Positions 39,001 through 51,000 of a stretch of 64,000 bases of DNA are shown here, piece by piece. The notes beneath the pieces are model-generated. The model made no database searches. It saw only the letters and a list, made by a program, of their open reading frames with translations, and was not told the origin of the DNA. The DNA is from Owenia fusiformis. Taxonomy: Eukaryota. Numbering within the stretch: position 1 is the first letter of the stretch; every line of letters starts with the position of its first letter. The stretch covers positions 42,842,001-42,906,000 of the forward strand of contig CAIIXF020000001.1 of assembly GCA_903813345.2 (NCBI GenBank). Direction: 5' to 3'. Both the position numbers and the translations under genes were made by a program.

Positions 39001-42000
39001 AACATGGACAGATAAAATGCTGTTGACATTTATCATAAAACAATATACACAGACAACTAAGAAGTTTCATGTGGTTATTTTAGCATAAATATTGGTTTGG
39101 TATCTGTTGACCATATGTGTTATTTGTCCAGGATTTTCTAACAAAAATAATTTGCATGAAACCATTCAAATGTGAGATGAATAGATTGTAATGAAAGTGC
39201 TTTATCATTGTTCATGCTTTAAAACATAATATTTAGTTAGTGTGACACTTTCATGATAACATAACTAGTTTTACTTGTATTTTTGAGGCTGATGTCAATA
39301 TATTGTAAAACTTCCTTTTCTACAATGTATTGTTATGCCTCTAAAATACATGGAAATATTTTAGAAGGTCAATTTCCAATCAACTACTATACAGGAAAAT
39401 ATTCAGCTATTGCCCATCAAATAGGCTACTATTTTAGCAAGACAATTTTGCAGCCCCTGAATTCAAAATAAAATACACTGTATTCATAATGAATAATTTT
39501 TACTTTGATTAGCTGAGAAACCTGACCCAGAAACACCTGTAACCAGATCCCCGGGGCCAGGAATCAAAACCCCATCCCCAAGGCCATCTGTGGATCCAGT
39601 CACAGGTCCCCCAGTCTTCTGCAAGGCTGTCATCAGGCGTTACATCACTTGGCCGAAAACTAGGGCAGGGTTAGAAGTCCGAAGAGGGTGCCCTCACAAT
39701 ACAACACCAGGTAAGGTTGGTTAACTGACTTAAGGAAGTTAGCTGGGTCAGATTGTGAAAACTTCACCCTATATATGTGTTGGGTATGTGAAAAATTGTT
39801 AATACTTTAGCTTTGGTTATAAATCAGAATGTTATTAGGCCTATTATATGATTCAGCACAGATAAGTGTGTTGTATTTTAAGTAAATAATTACCATCTCG
39901 TAATTACTTCCTCAATAAGTACATTGCTTCATTAATCATTATTATTGTTGTTGTTATTCTTTTTCTCTGAAAGATCGGAATGTGTAAGATTATTGAGCTT
40001 AAGGTCAATATATACTGATTATATGATATATGACAACCTTTACTTCAGTATACAGTAAAACCTCTCCGAAAGCCAAGGGTGGTCCACTTACACAGGTTTC
40101 AACATACTGTAGTTGCCTAATTATTTTCAAAATATCGGTTTTACCAGTAGTTGCCTAATTATTTTCAAAATAGCTGTAAATCACAGCATAAGGCAATTAT
40201 AAAAGTCAGTGTTCTGTGTGAGTGCTATTTGAATAGTCCAAAATGGCAATAATAAATGTATTTCATATATTAATGGGCTGGTTAGAGTATAAATCACAAA
40301 CTAAACTTGAAATCTACAAAAAAACTGAGGACATAGAAGATCATATCATAGGAAGACATGTCCACCTGTTAAGATTCTTTCAAAGTTAAAAACCAACTTT
40401 TGACAAGTGATGTGTGGGTGATAATATAGTAAAAGGACCTTAAGTGCCTTTACCATACCTGTAAACAATACATTCTGACCTTGCTATTCTGTTTTCAGAT
40501 AGATAAGTGATGTCATTCTTTTCATGCCATGTTTTAACAAGTTTATGATGTTCAAAACATTGTTTAACTTGTCAGACGGACTTCCTCATGATAAGTCTTA
40601 ACTATGATGTCATTTAATTGATCTGAATATTTTGGTGAAATTAAATGTAATTTTTGTTTAAAGGTTATAACCATCTGTCATGTGAAATATCATATTGAAT
40701 TGTGAAAGGTTCACCTTGTTTAACGAGCATAAAACCACATAGGAAATACCTGTGCGATATATTAATAAGCTCTCAACAAAAATTTGAACCTGTGTGAATC
40801 TTCTCAAAAACTAGTAATTCATACTGATTCACAATTTTGAATTTGAATTGTTGTTTTAATGTTTTTTCAAGCATGATAATTAGTATTGTATAGATCCAAT
40901 ACTTGGTTTGAACTTTGGAAAATTTTGATTGAAAATATGACGTTGTAATTCATGGTGGCTTTATATTCCCAAAAAGAGGAGACGTTCACAAAGTTGAGTA
41001 GATATATGAAGAATTACCATTCGCCACCTTGATCAAAAATCATAAAAAAAGTTTCCCAGTAAAAAAACAAGTGTGAAGTGATCATATGTTTCAATGCTAT
41101 ACTTAAATTGTAATTTAAGCCATTGTTGTTTCAAGTTCTAATTTTTTATAAATTTGCTTTTAGGGAGGTACACACATGTTGATTAATCAATTAACCGACT
41201 CAATGGACAATTTGTAATCTTAAATATTTCACAATCGAATCTACTTTACTTTTGTTAGCTTTTGGATTCATATAGAAAGAATGAAATTAAGTTTTCAAAT
41301 ATTTGCTAAATACCAAACGAAGTAAGTGTTGTGTGTTTTTTGTAGCCCCAAAACCACATAAATCAATATATTGGTCGTTATTAAGGGTGAAAGGGTCACT
41401 TTGTTCCGTTTATTCAAAATGTTGGTACTTAACTCTGAAACAAAAGTCTGGTTTTCAACTAGCCTAACATATTGATGTAAAGTAAAAGTTCAACTTTTGT
41501 CCATTTCTTTATTTATCACTTGTCATGATTTCTTTTTAATTTCTCTGTATGTTTCAAACATAAAATACTGTATGGTATATGATTTAATTTAAATGGATAG
41601 AAATTATCATGTGAAAATGTGTAGGACCATCTTTCAAAGCATGATGTTTAGTATACAATATGTCGTGATTACAAACCAATCGTTGATCTATATCACGCCA
41701 TACTAAGATAATTCTTTTGGTGGAAATGCTATACAAAAGTTATCTACATAGTTCCAAGGTCATATCGACATCCTCATAAATATTAAAAAGTGAACATTTT
41801 ATTGCCCCCTGAAGCACTTCTTAGTAAATAAAAGATACCACATCAGGATCTTGAATTTTAGTCATACTCTGCAGTTGTCTAGATCCCCGCTCCCTTAAAG
41901 CTATACAGTCTTTCGTATAACCCCAGAAATGCCATATTGTTGGTAAACCAGTTCTGTAATGTGCCATGTTTCTGTAGGCTATGTAGGAGACTTATGGTTT

Positions 42001-45000
42001 TCTGAACGACTTACACGTTCTATTATTTCACCGAGAGACTAGGGTGACCTCGATGTCTAGTTTTCTGTCAAGACGAAAATCAGTCTAATGATTGAATTTG
42101 ACTTTGTTATTCTCAGGGGATTTTTGTGCTCTATGAATAAATCTAATGAATTTTGTTATTCTTCAACTGGTGTAATAATATTTGTAATATATCCTAGCTA
42201 TTCTCTACAGACCAGGCATCTGTTGGTATATTTGTAATATTAAAGTTGATCTATACTGTCTACTTGTCTTGGTACATAGACTATATATTGATTTATGAGA
42301 TGATTCAATCAAATGTTGTAATAACATTTATTGTCGAGAACCATACCAGTTCAGATTGGTTTCATCTGATGAATTTCATCTGCAGAATTTAATACATTCA
42401 TATCCAAGAGGAAACTCTGTGTATTTATATAACCTAAAAGGTTATTTTGGAAGGATGATTTTCATTTTATCATGTCGTAATTATAATGATCAATGGATAT
42501 TAAAATGATTACTGCACGATTTTCTGCCATCATTTCTCAGAAGCAAGCATTTATGTTAAACGGCAATAGTCTGCTGTAGTAATATATCATAGTAAAGATT
42601 AGACACTCCGATTAATAATTCCCATAGCTCATACTTTCGTGTTTGTATCAATTCAGAAATGATGGGATCATTTACGCTAAATCAATAGTGATTATTATTA
42701 GCTATATATTATAATAGTTCCTGGTGGGTGGCGATGGATGCAATCATCAGTTAGAGATGACTAATTCTGAACATCATAGTTCAGCTTGATAGATGGTTGT
42801 GTTCTATACATCCTACTGCCATCTTTATTTTGTGTGCAAGTCTATAAGGTTAACATTGTATTCAACAGTTCTATCTGGAAAGACATTACCTGTTAATACG
42901 AGTATGGACCGTATGTTGGTTAGTGACAATTATCAAGCTAAATGTAGTACTAAATATTTTTTTGCAATGTATCATATTAACATTGTAACAAAGAGTATCT
43001 TATCTCAATATGTGTAACTTGTATATTGAGTATTAATAGTGGTCACCTATTTATTGTAAAAAATGAATTAATTTCTATGTTTATGATTCCAGGTGCACAC
43101 TTTGCAACATGGAGGTGTGGGGAGGATGGTGTGTGGAAGGAAGAGCCAGATCTCAGTGAGTGTGTGTCTCCTAAAGTGAAGGCATTGAAAAGCAGAGTAA
43201 GTATGAAACCATAATGGAATATGTTGTATACAAGTCTATATGCAAAGTTGTACCAATATGGCATTGACATTCTTCTTCTTGTGACTTGTGTGATTACACT
43301 TACAATTGGTATATTTATGTAAATAAATTGATTAAGATTTAAGTAGGGAAACAAGAATTTTCTACTCATATGCCATTTATATTCATAATTGCACATGTGA
43401 TTTCTCTATCGATAGGTCAGTTTGAGTTTTGATAATGAATTAAGATGTTCTTTAGACTTCTTTTTTACTGCTGCTGACCAAACAATGTTTTTAAGTGTAA
43501 ATCCTGTTTTACGTTTCTTACTGGTATATTCTTATTCCTCCAGCTGGATAATGGTGAGGACCCAGATGTGATTGCTAAAGATGTTAGTGAGATAACAGCC
43601 AGACCACTGCATGGTGGTGATCTTTCAGCCACTAGTAGAGTGATGAGTAATATCATCCTAGAGACAGAGTCAAGGGTTAAACGACTGCCAAAGGCTGAGG
43701 CAAGGACACTTGTAGAGGATGTCAACCAGGTAGGAATAGTGAAATAGACATTTGTAATAAGTTACATTAGTATTGATATGAAAGGAATATACAGGGTGGG
43801 CCAAATTTAATATTATAAGGGTAACACTTTTGGCCCACCCTCCAAATAAACCATTTCATATATTTTGAATGTCCTTTTTCAGATGTCACTTGCAAACATG
43901 TGGAAATATTTCATATAAGATTACTTGTACTGTAGGAGCGACATGTATTATCAAATTAAATACCTTGCATTATTCAAAAGGTAATAATAACAATCTATTT
44001 CATCAGGCTGTGGTGCAGTCTAGCAGCAACATTCTGGATGACTCGCAGTCTGAAGGCTGGCGCGATCTCCCACAAGCAAAACGCACACAAGTAGCAACCT
44101 CTATAGTGGTGAATATAGAAAGTAGTGCGTATCAAGTAGCAGCGACTATCACAACTCCTGGAGTCATCTCTAAGGCTGACAGGAACATCAGTAAGTCAAT
44201 GAACTCTGTCTTAGAATAAATACAGTGTATACAAGACTGTTATATCTGAAACATTTAATACAATTAGGTACAAAGCAAGCCAATGTACTGGAAAGTGAAT
44301 CTTGCATGTCCTGGGTTGATGCCTATATCATTTATTGCATTGGTGTTTCCAGCTAACTGCTAAATGAACAAAAATGATTGTCTTGAGAAAATTCACTTAA
44401 ATATTAATAAGCATATTATTTTAAAAACTATTTGTTTGTTGTTGTAGTGGTTGAAGTAGATGTTGTGTCACGTGACCAGAAGGAGGATATACAGTTCCCA
44501 CACTCCTCCCACACAGGAGGCTCAGTATGGAAGAGATCTGTTGATACCATCACACTTACAGCCAAGACTGTCATAGAGTTTAACCAGAATGGTAAGTCCT
44601 CAATGCCGGCTATATGGGTTGACCTGGGAACATATCTCTACATTCCAGTAGTGTGCAAGCTCATATAATGTATGAAAAAAGGCCAAGACAATCAATCTCT
44701 GACTTAACTCATAGTGTCAAACTTACCTTCATCGGGTGTTGTAACTTGCTATTTAAAATGAACAGCCTCAATTAAAATACATCAGAAATAATTGAAATGC
44801 TGTTGGTTTACCAATGCTTGCTTCTCTCATACATACTAAACAGCACATATATCCTTGTAGGAATGACGAAGGTTGTATTTGTGGCCTATAACAACTTGAA
44901 CAACTACCTGGGCTCAGAGCAACAAAACAAGGACAATGTTTCACAAGTTGTCAACTCTAAAGTTGTCTCTGCATCCATTAATGCCAGGAAGGAAAACTTA

Positions 45001-48000
45001 CCACTCAAGGATCCTGTTATCTTTACCTTGAAGCACAATTCAGACAATACTGTAAGTTATGAAGTTGACAATAGGATAATATTACGCATCAATCAAGTGA
45101 GAAAAACAAGGTGATCAACATAGAAAAAATACAATGGTCATCTTTCAGTTAAAAAGTGAGGTCTCTAAGCAATCTTAAATTGACTGCAGTTGACATTGGC
45201 TGAATTTTCTTTTTGATGGGTTGTATTGAAACATACTAACATTTTGTTTTCTCAAACTTGACCTTGAGTATTTTTTTTCTATGCTAAAATTGTTTCTTCT
45301 ACCTGCTGAATATTTCATGTGTTACATATATATTGATTTGATTTATAGTCTGGCTTAGACTCTGGGAACCCAAGATGCTCTTACTTCGACTATGAAAGGT
45401 AAATACAGAAATGAATATATGTACATGAAATAGAATTTTGGTTAGATTTCATGTGTTGATGAGTCTGACTTGTGATCTACCTATTTAGATGAAGTAGAAC
45501 CTTAATACTCTTCATTTTTCAATTTATGTTAATATCTGTAGCATAATCATTCGTATTAGAGAATAGTTTGTCATCAGATATATTCTATGTTATAGCGATT
45601 CTGTGGGCAGTTGGTCAGAGGACGGCTGCAGAGCTCTATCCACCAATAAGACACACACTGTATGCTCATGTGACCATCTTACCAACTTTGCTGTCTTAAT
45701 GGATGTTGTCGGAGTCTCGGTAAGAATCAGTTCTATATGATAATTTTTTCTTAAATGTTTGGGTTCAACATGAAATATGTCAAAGTATCTCAGAATCTCA
45801 ATTGGTAAATTGGTTCAGTACTACTTTGGATAAAGGTTGTAGAAATTCGATCATAGATTTTTAATCTTATAATTAGTGAAATAATCCAGTAGGATATAGG
45901 ACAAGGCTTGTCAACAAAATGTGTCCTTGACTCAGAATCCAGAACTTAAAATTCAGATTTTCTTTATAATATAATTGCTGAATTCTGTTCCAGATGGCCA
46001 GGCAGCATGTGTTTTCCCTGACCTTGATTACTTATGTTGGATTGATCATCTCCTTAGTCTGTCTGCTCTTGGCCTGGCTTACATTCGTTTTCATCAAGTA
46101 AGTTAAGAGTTTTTATTTTTGGATTATATGTATTTTATTTAGAGTTTATGAAGAAATATTTATGTTTTGAGACAACTGGTAATTCTCTTTTTTGAATATA
46201 AATAACACGAGGCCTTTTAAAAGTGCTTAAGTGACCTTCTAATGGATTCCCATTACTCATGTTTTCTGCCATTGGTGATAATTGCTTCAGCTGATTGTTA
46301 CAACTACTACATTCTATTTGATTATTTTCAGAAACTTGCAGTGTGATAGAAATACAATCCATAAGAACCTGGTGTTTTGTCTCTTTGTGGCCAACCTTGT
46401 CTTCATTGCAGGAATCACACAGGCTGACAAAGTGGTATGTATCTGTCATAAATATATGAGATATATTTACTAATAATTCACCAATCATAAATATTAATAT
46501 TACCAAGATTTTGTGAATTTAATATGTTTTTTTTACTTATTGTAACTTGATTATGACAGATCAATTAATAAAGTTACTATACGAAATCTGTGTTATCATC
46601 TGTTAATATCTCTGTCACATCTCTAGATGTATTCATGAACTGAAAACAAACCAATATAGGATATCAAAGGTGCTCTTATTACTTTCTAAATTTTATAATT
46701 CTTTAAATGTTTCTAATTTTGCTCTCCTTTTAGAAAATCATGAATGTATTTCAGGTATTATGCGCCATCATCGCGGCAGTTCTACATTTCTTCTTCCTGG
46801 CCTCATTTGCTTGGATGTGTTTAGAAGGCATTCAGCTTTATGTGATGCTCATTGAAGTATTTGAACCTGACAAGTCTCGCAAATTGTACTATTACCTAGC
46901 TGGCTATGGTATTCCTGGATTAGTCGTTGGAATATCTGCTGCAGTTCGTCACCAGGGATATGGGACACCTGAATAGTAAGTTAAGCTTATTTAGTAGGTT
47001 AAAGGTAACATAAAATATATGACGTGGCAATGAATATTGATTTTTATATTTTTGCATTTCTTAAATGTTGCAATTGATATCTTTATTATTTTTTGGTACG
47101 GGCATTCCTAATATAAATATTGAATTCGGATAATTATTATGTGCACATAAAGTTTAATAATGCCATCATCCGCAGTTCACCTGGATTATTGATTCATACA
47201 GTATTTAGGATTGCCCCAGATTGTATGAACTCATTCATGTATATTTGTTTCAGTTGTTGGCTGAGTGTTGACAATGGCTTCATCTGGAGCTTCGTTGGGC
47301 CAATTGCAGCTGTCATCCTGGTAAGTAGAGACTGATTGCTGCTTAGAGGCCAGAGCAAGTTTTCATTTACCTATATGACTATTGCAATGTTACATATACA
47401 GTCTATATAATTAAAGACACAGCATATTACTAATCCACTCCACTATTGGTACAGCCCAGTGCATTAATGTCTTATATTGAGGATATAAAAATAGGATGAA
47501 AATTGAAATAGGCAAGGAGACAATATGATAAGCTACCGTTACACTTCAGTTTCAGTTCAAAAAATCTGAGTTAATATTTCCTGTAACATTTTGATTTGGC
47601 ATTTGCCTGACCTGCTTCACGCCAAGCTTCACTCATGTCAGGACATTTACATGGAAATTAACACAGTTATTAAAGAGTACAGGTATATGATGTATGTTTC
47701 AGGTGAACATTGTGATGTTGAGTATTGCCATATATATGATGTGCAAACATGCCAATACAGCATCACAGATCAAAACACAGGAGAAGTCACGCATGGAACA
47801 AGCAAGGTCAGTTATTTTATTGAATTAACTCCGATATCAATTTTTATATAATTAAAAATGCATCATACAGCCTAGTCAAATAAACAAAAATCATGTTGAA
47901 TAGTCTTAAAAAGTATAAACTTACATGGAAACACATTCATCAGATAGTTATGCTAAACATAATTATTAAGTCTTGAGTTGATGTTACTGTGTGATGCTTT

Positions 48001-51000
48001 ATGCAGCCGGAAGCCAGGAGAAAGAGCGGGTAACCATGGTAATGTTGCGAGACAGACAAGTATGTCTCCACAAGAGACCATGTAAGCCACTAGTATAGTC
48101 TCTGTGTTGTTCTTGTTAACCTTTCCTCAGTCTTATTTATGTGATAGATTCATATTAAGAAAAGAAGAAGTAAGGCAGATGTGGGCAATAAAATATTACA
48201 AATTTTATTGAATTACGTAATGTTACATAATAGTTACAATAAAATAATTTTTGGTTGGGGCAAAAATGCCCGCACATATATGTACATGTGTATAACAATA
48301 CATGATAATGAGACAAGGGTGGTGGCTGGGGAAAATGGGGGGAAAAGATTTTTACTATAATATAAATCTATATATATATATATATATAATGACTATGAAA
48401 ATCAGTTAAAATCTATTTTATAAATGTATCGATATCTAGGCTCTAGGCTGTAAGTTGAAATATCTGTGAATGAGACTAGGTAGTCTGTGAAAACAGAAAC
48501 CCTAGAGCCTGGAAGATTCTGATTGGTTACTGATGTTAGAAGTTTAAAAGGTTAAATATTGCATCACCACACAAATATCCTAATGAAGCATTAGGGTCAT
48601 TTATGTGATAGATTCATATTAAGAAAAGACAAATTTTATTGAATTACGTAATGTTACATAATAGTTACAATAAAATAATTTTTGGTTGGGGCAAAAATGC
48701 CCACGGAATGCTATATAAAGATAGCATGAACGCCCCAACCCAAGGCCTTAAGCACCACCCCCTCTCAAAATCAGAAGGACAAATACCATTATCAGTGTGA
48801 CTTATCTTAAAGTAATTACTTTAATGATGTCCATTAATTCCTGGTGTGCCTGTTACATGAACAGAGCACTTAAAGATGATTGAGCGTAGCATCCCAATGA
48901 TATGCTACTGTGATCAAGAGATAGTCAAGTGGAATGCCATTACTTGTAATTAACCATGGAGGTCGTGAGAAATTAAAGATAGCAGATAAGACACACTGAG
49001 GGCAATAAATTGAATTAATGAAATCTCTAATGTTACCCTACTTACACCATAGGCTTAAAATTGTAGTACTTGCTGGCATTGTTGTATGAATGATGATTAC
49101 CTTAATAATAGTTTAATAACAAGATTGGTAGATAATCATAAATGGTAACAGCTTTGCCAGTTTCATCTTGTAAAGCAGGGTGATCTATAGACTATCACAA
49201 ATGATAAATCCATCTAAAAAATTTAATGTTCATTGAAGTGCTTTGCTATATACATGTATGATATATACAGTACACAAGTTTAAAAATGTAATGATAACAT
49301 GCATGAGTAGTATATAATATGAGGATAGGTACAAATACCCAATCCTCCAAATGTTATGTAATACTGAGTATATACTACTGATCTAGGTTAGAGCTATCAA
49401 GTGGCACCACCGTCTGAGTTATATATTGAATTTTTGAATTCTAATGTATTTTTTCACAGCACTTGATTTCCATCGACCCATTTGTGTAACAATATCTTGG
49501 CTCACACCTTCTGATATAAGTTGTGTAGCATGACCAATGCGTAAACTGTGCGAATTATATTTTTTAGGATCAATACTAGCAGCTTCAAGTGAACTCTTTA
49601 AGTATTTTACAAATAAAGACCTACAAATAGGTACTTTATGTTCGTCCAAGAATAACGGGCCTTGCTGGCCCCCCCTAAGCTTAAGATAATGTACCATGGC
49701 TGAGTATGGGCAATATTTTGATCCCCTTATGGGTGATATCAATATGTTGAAGGGCTGGGTTGGATTGTTATGCTTGCAGTTGGACATTTTGATACAAACA
49801 CCTGCATTTGAGATGGATATATCGGAAAATTGTATTGTATTTATGTTATCTTTGTGCCATGTGACTTCCCCAACTCTTAGAAAAGCACCATATGTGAAGA
49901 GAAAGAGAGCAGTGGTCATAATTGCTATATAGTTGTTAGCATAAATCACCGGTATAATGTCAATAAGTTTTTTAAGAATGTTCAAAGTAATTGGAAGCCT
50001 ACCATCATTAGAAGGCCCTCCCATTAACTGTGCTCCCTTCTGGAGCTTTCTAATGATGAAACAGTCTGCTGGGTCTGGGACATCGCATATCTTATGTAAG
50101 AAAGATAAACCTGAGACATATGTGTTGATGGATGAGCCAGAGTAGTTCAGGAGAGATAGATAGGCAATGAACTGTGATAGCTGTTGGGTCGAAATGGGGA
50201 ACTGAACACCCTTTACTGTGCTGTTACTGTGGGAACAGAACTTCTTATATAATGTCCAAGCTCTGAGATAGTTTTCTTTTGACTTTGTGGTGAGACTTTT
50301 AGACATCAGTTGTGTAATTCTTGCAGTAATGTCAGATTTGGAGAAATCTTGGTGGGCGAACTTTCGAGCCAGGGTGCCAATGCTTTGGCTTTTTTTACCT
50401 GCAAGCGTGATAATTGATCAGAGATAATGTTATGTTTACCACAAATATGCTTAGCTTTGAAAAGTATGTTATGTTTTAAACAAGACAGGACAAGTTGTCT
50501 CAGTATTTTGAGAGATGTTGTATTCCTTGTTGTGGCTGTGTTAATGATGTCTACTACACCCTGGTTATCACAGTGAAATATGATCTTGTGGTTTGCAAGG
50601 GCAGATCCCCATGTGTGTATAGCAACATAAATGGGAAAAAGTTCTTTTGAAGATATGTCCCAGTGTCTTGACTGTTCATCCCATGGAATGATGAAGTACT
50701 TTGAACCTAGGACACCTGCACAAGCGTGAGAACCACTAGCATCCGAGTAGAAATTGATTTTTTCTGAGTTGACCCATTCCTGGTGTAAGAACATGGAAAT
50801 ACCATTGTGATTTTTCAAGAACAATTTCCAGATCATAAGATCTTCTTTGACCTCATCAGGAATATTTATGACAAAATTGGAATTTTTTGATCTGATCAAC
50901 CCTTTTGTGAGATTGTACATTTTACGGATAAATGTTCGACCAGGGGCAATAACTTTGCAGGAAAAGTTCAATAGACCTAGCAATGACTCCAGTTCTTTAA

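Noticed and set aside
32791..39512. Olfactomedin domain exons expected from vertebrate latrophilins
   Set aside because: None found; the exon phases join the lectin to the Thr-rich stalk and HRM directly, as in invertebrate latrophilins.
48436..48540. Possible hammerhead ribozyme in the A repeat
   Set aside because: Stems are present, but no correctly placed CUGANGA and GAAA core was found on either strand.
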